This document shows positions 58,301 to 64,000 of a DNA stretch of 64,000 bases, piece by piece (position 1 is the stretch's first letter; each line of letters opens with the position of its first letter). The notes beneath the pieces were generated by a model. The model searched no databases. It saw only the letters and a program-made list of their open reading frames with translations, and was not told the origin of the DNA. Position numbers and translations under genes: made by a program. The stretch comes from an uncultured Thermoplasmatales archaeon. Lineage in GTDB: Archaea > Thermoplasmatota > E2 > DHVEG-1. The stretch spans positions 5,949 through 69,948 of the forward strand of contig CAZWYI010000006.1 in NCBI GenBank assembly GCA_964638155.1, in the 5' to 3' direction.

Positions 58301-58400
58301 TTTTTTCCCTCTAATTTTTATAGATTATCGAATTTCAATACTCGCTGTGTTTTATGCTTAAAGATTTATTTGTAATATTTAAAAAATGGTTGTGATTTGA

Positions 58401-59771
58401 ATGGTATTAAAATCTATTAATCCGTCTAATAAAGAGATTTTAAAAGAATTTAGAGAAGATAGTCAAAAAGAAATTGAAGATAAGATTAAAAAAAGTACTA
58501 GGGCCTTTGATAATTGGAAAAATATTACTTTTAAAAAGAAAAGATTTCTTTTAAAAAACGTTGGAAAAATCCTTAGAAAAAATAAAAGTAAATATGCAAA
58601 AATTATGACCATTGAAATGGGAAAACCTATATCTCAATCAGAGGCTGAAGTTGAAAAATGTGTATGGCTTTGTGATTTTTACGCGGAGAATGGATCCAAA
58701 TTTTTAGAAAAAGAAATAATTGAAACTGATGCTGAATCGAGTTATATTCAGTATACTCCACTAGGTGTTATACTTGGGATTATGCCTTGGAATTTTCCAT
58801 TCTGGCAGATTTTTCGTTTTGCAGTACCAACTCTTCTAGCAGGTAACACTGTTTTACTTAAACATTCATCAAATGTCCCTCAATGTTCACTTGCTATTGA
58901 AGATATCTTTAAAAAAGCAGGATTTAATAAATATGAATTTCAAAACCTATTGATATGTTCTAAAAATATATCTAATATCATTGAAGATGATAGAATTAAA
59001 GCAGTGTCACTTACAGGTAGTACTGAAGCTGGGATGAAAACTGCAGAGAAAGCTGGTAAAAATATTAAAAAAACAGTTCTTGAACTTGGTGGTAGTGATC
59101 CATTTATTGTTTTTGATGATGCAGATTTAAATTATACAGTTGATATGGCAGTTAAAGCTAGGATGTTAAATAATGGTCAGAGTTGTATTGCTGCTAAAAG
59201 ATTTATTGTTTTTGATAGTATTTTTGATAAATTTCAAAAATTATTAACAGAAAAGATCAGTGAGTTAAAAGTTGGTGATCCTTTAGATAAAAATGTAGAT
59301 ATCGGACCACTTGCAACAAAGGATGGTTTAGATCAAATTAATAGGCAAGTTTTAAAATCTGTAGAAATGGGGGCAAAGGTTTTAGTTGGCGGGAAAAAAC
59401 CAGATATGTCAGGTTTTTTTTATCTACCAACTGTTATTACAAATATAAAAAAAGAAATGCCAGTTTATAATGAGGAAACCTTTGGGCCAGTAGCTACAAT
59501 AATAAAGGTAAAAGATGAAAAAGAAACAGTAAAAATTGCAAATGATACCTGTTATGGTCTAGGTGCAAGCGTTTGGACTAAAGATTTTAAAAAAGCAGAA
59601 AGACTTAGTAAATATATTGAGGCAGGTAATGTTTTTGTAAATGAAATAGTAAAATCTGATCCAAGACTTCCTTTTGGCGGTGTTAAAAAATCTGGTTTTG
59701 GAAGAGAACTTTCATATTATGGCATTAAAGAGTTTGTAAATATTCAAACAGTTTATATTAAAAAAACATAG
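58401..59771 (+). CDS. NAD(P)+-dependent aldehyde dehydrogenase (succinate-semialdehyde DH-like)
   Basis: ELGGSDP (catalytic Glu region) and GQSCIAAKR (catalytic Cys); 456 aa. Confidence 0.85.
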   Translation: MVLKSINPSNKEILKEFREDSQKEIEDKIKKSTRAFDNWKNITFKKKRFLLKNVGKILRKNKSKYAKIMTIEMGKPISQSEAEVEKCVWLCDFYAENGSKFLEKEIIETDAESSYIQYTPLGVILGIMPWNFPFWQIFRFAVPTLLAGNTVLLKHSSNVPQCSLAIEDIFKKAGFNKYEFQNLLICSKNISNIIEDDRIKAVSLTGSTEAGMKTAEKAGKNIKKTVLELGGSDPFIVFDDADLNYTVDMAVKARMLNNGQSCIAAKRFIVFDSIFDKFQKLLTEKISELKVGDPLDKNVDIGPLATKDGLDQINRQVLKSVEMGAKVLVGGKKPDMSGFFYLPTVITNIKKEMPVYNEETFGPVATIIKVKDEKETVKIANDTCYGLGASVWTKDFKKAERLSKYIEAGNVFVNEIVKSDPRLPFGGVKKSGFGRELSYYGIKEFVNIQTVYIKKT

Positions 59772-59792
59772 AGGGGCTTACGGCCTGCATAC

Positions 59793-61007
59793 TTACATAT
59801 TTAATTTATATGATAAAAACTCTTTACCAAGAAGCTCTCTTGCAATTATTATTTTCATAATGTTCATAGTACCTTCTGCCCCAATAGAGTATGATCTCAC
59901 ACCACGGATACCCATCTCAATTGGGTATTCCTTGGTATATCCTGCAGCGCCAAGCCAATCTGCTACTTCATTCATAACTATAAAGGTATGAACAGGAGCA
60001 CGAAGTTTACTCATAGCTGCGGCAAGTGCTACATCATGATGGTCAAATCCTTTTTTCTGATACATTTGATCCATAATCCAAGCGGCACGATATGTCAAAA
60101 GTTTGTCACTTTCTATATCTCCATAGTGCTCTGCTAATGGAAACTGGATGCCTTCAAAACTTGCTATTGGTTTTCCAAAAGACTTTCGATTTTTAATATG
60201 ATCTATTCCAAATTCAAGTGCTCCTTCTGCTGCACCAACACAGGTTGCACCAATAAGTGTTCGAGCAGCTGAAAATCCTTCCATAGCATAATAAAAACCA
60301 CGATTTTCTTCTCCAACAAGATAATCATCAGATAACTCTAAGTTATTCATTTTAAAACCACCAGTTGATATACCCATCCTGCCCATATCTTCAAGGAAAG
60401 TAGTTTCAATATCAGATCTGTTTTTGAGAGGTACTGCAAAAAAACTAAATCCTTTATGGCCTTTAGAAGAATCAGTACGAGCAAGTGTAAGATGTACTCC
60501 TCCCCATTTACTAGATTCAGATATACCGCTGATATACATCTTCTCGCCGTTAATAGCCCATTTATTGTTTTTCTTCTCTGCCTTAGTTTTAGCAGATCCA
60601 ACTATGTCTGAGCCTCCTTCAGATTCAGTTACAGCAATACCACAAAAAGCATCCCCCGATGTTACTTTAGGTAGATATTCTTCTTTTAATTTCTTTGTAC
60701 CGTATCTATTAAATATAAATCCCCAAGAAGCCTCTACTAAATACAATACAGGAACTGCAAGGCTGATATCAGCACGACCTAATTCTTCAGCAGCAATACA
60801 TGCCATGGTCCAATCAAGATCTGCGCCGCCATATTCTTTTGAGACAGTTGGAGCAAGGAGCCCTAATTTCCCCATTTTTTTAATGATATCTATAGGAATT
60901 TGACCTGTTGTATCATTTTCTCTTACCTTTGGCGTGATATTTTTTTGTGCAAATTCACGAACAATTTTTCTCCATAATTTTTGTTCTTCTGTCCAATTAA
61001 ATTCCAT
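59793..61007 (-). CDS. acyl-CoA dehydrogenase family protein
   Basis: 404 aa; ACAD N-terminus (MEFNWTEEQKLWRKIVREFA) and C-terminal catalytic region. Confidence 0.8.
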   Translation of the reverse strand: MEFNWTEEQKLWRKIVREFAQKNITPKVRENDTTGQIPIDIIKKMGKLGLLAPTVSKEYGGADLDWTMACIAAEELGRADISLAVPVLYLVEASWGFIFNRYGTKKLKEEYLPKVTSGDAFCGIAVTESEGGSDIVGSAKTKAEKKNNKWAINGEKMYISGISESSKWGGVHLTLARTDSSKGHKGFSFFAVPLKNRSDIETTFLEDMGRMGISTGGFKMNNLELSDDYLVGEENRGFYYAMEGFSAARTLIGATCVGAAEGALEFGIDHIKNRKSFGKPIASFEGIQFPLAEHYGDIESDKLLTYRAAWIMDQMYQKKGFDHHDVALAAAMSKLRAPVHTFIVMNEVADWLGAAGYTKEYPIEMGIRGVRSYSIGAEGTMNIMKIIIARELLGKEFLSYKLNM

Positions 61008-61011
61008 TTGA

Positions 61012-62268
61012 TTAATCCCTCTTTAAGAATGGTATAGTTAAACTACCATATGGCATTACAAGGATTTTGGGTTGTTTTGTTTTTTCTTTAATAATTTTGA
61101 TTGCATCTTCAACTGCTTTTTGAATTTCTGAATATGGTTTCAGCTGGGCTTTTTTAATAATGGGATCATCTAAATCTGTTACAGCCCACATCTCAGCACG
61201 AGTTCCAATTTGTGCCATTTTTGCAGCTTTATGATATCCCAGTTTATATTCTTCACCAAGTTTTTCAAGCACTTCATGGCATGATGTCTCTGAACCAAGA
61301 AGATCTAAAAATTTATCTTCTCCAACACCCATTCTGCATTTTGAAACAAGAATAATAATTCCATCATCCTCAAGAGCATGTTTTCCATTATCTAAAGCTT
61401 TCTGGGATTGATATAAATCAACATCCATAGGATATGGTGCTGCAGTTATGACAATATTTGCTTTTTGTTTTAATGGAACACAAAAGATCTGCTTTGCATG
61501 TTCAATAGCTGCATCAAATGATTTATGTAAATCACCTGCTGTTGCTGCATATACCTTATGCTCTCCTGTTAAAATGGTTTGTATTGAAAATACATTGATA
61601 TTTTTTAATACGTTCATGGCATCAACCATATCTTCATGAACAGGATTTCCTTTTAGAGCAAGGGAACAAGCTTTATCACTTAAGGCGAGCTTATGGTTCA
61701 TCTCAATTGTTTTGTATGAAGCTACTCCAGGAAGAAATGATTTTCGTCCTCCTGTAAATCCTGCAAAGTAATGAGGTTCCACACTTCCTATAACAAGTAC
61801 ATTTTCATACTCGGAAACAAGCTTATTTATATACATCTCAGTTCCATTTTTAGATGTTCCAAGATAAACCATTTCCTCTTCATTTCGTGCATTATGTATT
61901 ATAATTTGATTTTTAAATAAATTATATGTTTTTCCAAATATGTATTTCAATTCTTCATCGGTAGGTGCTCGGTGTACCCCTGTTGCTATAAGAAATGTAA
62001 CATGTGGATGTGACGAAAGAATAGGGGATAAATATTCCAATATTTTTGCTGTTGGAGTAGGTCTTGTAGCATCATTAACAATAACTAGAAGTTTTTCTGA
62101 TTTTTCAGCAAATTGTTCAAATGTTTCCATGTCAATTGGTTTTTCCAAAGCTTTTTTTATAACTTTGTTTTCATTTTTTATTTTAATTTTTTTTGGATAA
62201 ATCACTTCAACAGGTTCACTTATTGAAACAGTAATCTCTTTTTCCCCGTATGGTATATTTACATCCAT
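61012..62268 (-). CDS. larA: LarA-family nickel-dependent lactate racemase (DUF2088)
   Basis: 418 aa; MDVNIPYGEKEITVSISEP N-terminus, VATGVHRAPT and SVEPHYFAGFTGGRK motifs typical of LarA. Confidence 0.75.
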   Translation of the reverse strand: MDVNIPYGEKEITVSISEPVEVIYPKKIKIKNENKVIKKALEKPIDMETFEQFAEKSEKLLVIVNDATRPTPTAKILEYLSPILSSHPHVTFLIATGVHRAPTDEELKYIFGKTYNLFKNQIIIHNARNEEEMVYLGTSKNGTEMYINKLVSEYENVLVIGSVEPHYFAGFTGGRKSFLPGVASYKTIEMNHKLALSDKACSLALKGNPVHEDMVDAMNVLKNINVFSIQTILTGEHKVYAATAGDLHKSFDAAIEHAKQIFCVPLKQKANIVITAAPYPMDVDLYQSQKALDNGKHALEDDGIIILVSKCRMGVGEDKFLDLLGSETSCHEVLEKLGEEYKLGYHKAAKMAQIGTRAEMWAVTDLDDPIIKKAQLKPYSEIQKAVEDAIKIIKEKTKQPKILVMPYGSLTIPFLKRD

Positions 62269-62358
62269 TTATCTCCCTCAGATTATTCTGTCTTTTCAGA
62301 TATATTATAAGATAAATCACCTAATATATTTATATGTTTACTTATATTCGCCGAACTG

Positions 62359-63819
62359 ATGAAAAATTACCATGTTGCAATTATTGGAGGGGGTGTTATC
62401 GGTTCTGCCATTGCATGGGAACTTTCAAAGTATAAAGTTGATGTAATTGTTTTTGAAGCAGGATCAGATGTTGCATCAGCTGCAAGCAAAGCAAACAGCG
62501 GTGTATTGCATAGTGGTATAAATTCTGCTGAAAATTCAATTAAAGCTCGTTTTTGTGTAAAAGGAAATGAGATGTTTAATGATCTTTCTAAAAAACTAAA
62601 TATTTCAGTAAAATGGATTGGAAAATATGTAATTGCAAAAAATCCAAATGAAGAAAAAAAACTAAAAAGACTTAAAAAAATCGGTGAAAATAACGGGGTA
62701 ATGGGTTTAAAAATTGTAGAAGGTTCAGATGTAACAGAACCCAATGTTTCATGTTACTCTGCATTATGGGTGCCAAGTGCAGGAATCACTCTCCCCTATG
62801 AGTTTACTATTGCCCTTGCTGAGAATGCTGTTGAAAATAATTCAAAAATATTACTTGAAACAAAAGTAACTGATCTTAAAAAACAAAATGATAAATTTCT
62901 AATTAAAACAAATAAAGGGGAATTCAAATCAAATATAATTATAAATGCAGCAGGGATGAATTGCAGAAAAATAGTTGCAATGCTTGAAAAATCAGATTTT
63001 AATGTTTATCCATGTAGAGGAGAATATCTTGTTTTAGATAAAAAATACAGTAATTTGGTAACTTCAATGATTTATCCAGTACCTGATACAAAAAAAGGAG
63101 TTTTAGGTGTTCATATTACACCAACAATTGAGGGGAATTTGCTTCTTGGTCCAAGTGCAGAGTTTATTTATGATCCAGATGATAAAAGGACAACATCTGG
63201 AAAAATGAAAGTTTTATACAAAGAAGCAAAAGAAATAATCCCTAGCCTGCCATCAGATGCAGTAATAAATGCATACTCCGGCATTCGATGTAAACTTGCA
63301 TCAGAAAAAGAAGGTGCTTGGGCAGACTATAGAATTTTCGAAAGCAAAAAAACTCCAGATTTGATAAATCTTTTAGGAATAGAGTCTCCGGGTCTAACTG
63401 CTGCTCCTGCAATTGCAGAAGAAATTAGAAAAATGATAGATAATAAAATGGTTTTGAAAAAAAAGGAAAAATTCATTTTACCAAAAAAACAAAAACGTTT
63501 TTCTGAAATGAACTTAGAAGAAAAAACAAAATTAATCCAAAAGGATAAATCCTGGGGGAGAATTGTTTGTAGATGTGAGCATGTCACAGAAGCAGAAGTG
63601 ATTAGAGCTTTATCAAATCCATTGGGTGCAAAAACATTATCTGCAGTTAAATATCGATGTAGAGCAGGAATGGGTAGATGTCAAGGTGGGTTTTGCACAC
63701 AGCATATTGTTAGAATTATGGAAGAAAATTTTAATATGAATTTTAAAAATATAAACCTAAAATCACCAAATTCAAATTTATTTTACAGAAGAAATCGAGA
63801 GGTAGAACATGATAAATAA
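62359..63819 (+). CDS. FAD-dependent oxidoreductase (GlpA/LhgO-like) with a C-terminal BFD-like [2Fe-2S] domain
   Basis: VAIIGGGVIGSAIAWEL (FAD motif) and C-terminal CRCEHVTEAEV…CRAGMGRCQGGFC (BFD-type); 486 aa. Confidence 0.75.
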   Translation: MKNYHVAIIGGGVIGSAIAWELSKYKVDVIVFEAGSDVASAASKANSGVLHSGINSAENSIKARFCVKGNEMFNDLSKKLNISVKWIGKYVIAKNPNEEKKLKRLKKIGENNGVMGLKIVEGSDVTEPNVSCYSALWVPSAGITLPYEFTIALAENAVENNSKILLETKVTDLKKQNDKFLIKTNKGEFKSNIIINAAGMNCRKIVAMLEKSDFNVYPCRGEYLVLDKKYSNLVTSMIYPVPDTKKGVLGVHITPTIEGNLLLGPSAEFIYDPDDKRTTSGKMKVLYKEAKEIIPSLPSDAVINAYSGIRCKLASEKEGAWADYRIFESKKTPDLINLLGIESPGLTAAPAIAEEIRKMIDNKMVLKKKEKFILPKKQKRFSEMNLEEKTKLIQKDKSWGRIVCRCEHVTEAEVIRALSNPLGAKTLSAVKYRCRAGMGRCQGGFCTQHIVRIMEENFNMNFKNINLKSPNSNLFYRRNREVEHDK

Positions 63820-64000
63820 ATCTGTAGAGGTAGCAGTAATTGGCGGTGGTCCTGCAGGTCTTGCTTCTGCAATTTCAGCAAAAGAACATGGTGCAAAAAA
63901 AGTTTTAGTTTTAGATAGAAATAATTGGCTTGGAGGAATTCTACCTCAATGTATTCATGATGGATTTGGAGTTGAAGAAACTGGAACTTCTATGACTGGA
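63809..64000 (+). CDS. NAD(P)/FAD-dependent oxidoreductase (partial, runs off the window end)
   Basis: MINKSVEVAVIGGGPAGLASAISAKEHGAKKVLVLD…, an FAD GxGxxG motif. This is the usual partner of the GlpA-like/BFD protein. Confidence 0.6.
   Translation, partial: MINKSVEVAVIGGGPAGLASAISAKEHGAKKVLVLDRNNWLGGILPQCIHDGFGVEETGTSMTG

Noticed and set aside
1-64000. Mobile elements: transposases, integrases, IS inverted repeats, prophage genes
   Set aside because: No protein with transposase or integrase motifs (DDE, tyrosine-recombinase R…H…R…Y) was seen in any ORF. The only mobility hint is the att-like repeat pair around the giant gene.

Overview
This 64-kb window comes from a low-GC (roughly 30% by eye), AT-rich anaerobic prokaryote and is densely coding. 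The gene content is most consistent with an archaeon. It has an MvhADG/HdrABC-type hydrogenase–heterodisulfide reductase module, a two-subunit class I fumarase, Lrp/AsnC regulators, and a giant surface protein that is extremely rich in N-glycosylation sequons and ends in a transmembrane anchor. I cannot prove the taxonomy from sequence alone. There are five main blocks. (1) 1–7.4 kb: hypD–hypC, a divergent 513-aa radical SAM protein, and a small accessory set (Lrp/AsnC, OsmC, MBL hydrolase, Asp/Glu racemase, cysteine synthase). (2) 7.5–13.4 kb, all minus strand: a conserved-looking operon of unknown function with thioredoxin, cupin, two MinD/ParA–ferredoxin ATPases, DUF89, two NifX-like FeMo-co-binding proteins, Mrp/ApbC, two DUF5320 Gly/Arg-rich small proteins and a DUF134 regulator. 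(3) 13.5–29.3 kb: a 1241-aa secreted metallophosphoesterase with eight tandem ~50-aa propeller repeats, xth, an M32 carboxypeptidase, and a 2972-aa surface protein. That protein has FG-GAP propellers, repeated FN3 modules, a parallel beta-helix and TSP3 repeats, and is flanked by short direct repeats that include a tRNA-3'-end-like 22-mer. (4) 29.4–55.7 kb: sucDC on the minus strand, a regulator, then a 22.9-kb co-directional, translationally coupled array of 19 genes: frdB-frdA, korDABG, a tandem HdrA fusion, hdrCB, mvhG–mvhA–protease–mvhD, a GlcD/GlcF-like D-lactate-dehydrogenase pair, a lipoate-protein ligase, hdrC2B2, and a 1576-aa HdrA with an inserted GltD/NfnB-like NAD(P)H module. (5) 55.7–64 kb: fumAB, OsmC, a stand-alone GcvH-like lipoyl carrier, aldehyde dehydrogenase, acyl-CoA dehydrogenase, LarA lactate racemase, and GlpA-like FAD oxidoreductases. 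I saw no transposase, integrase, CRISPR array or rRNA/tRNA gene. The most interesting candidates are the Hdr/Mvh/Kor/Frd/GlcDF super-operon with lipoate-ligase and GcvH-like components, the uncharacterized Fe-S trafficking-like operon, and the repeat-flanked giant surface protein.
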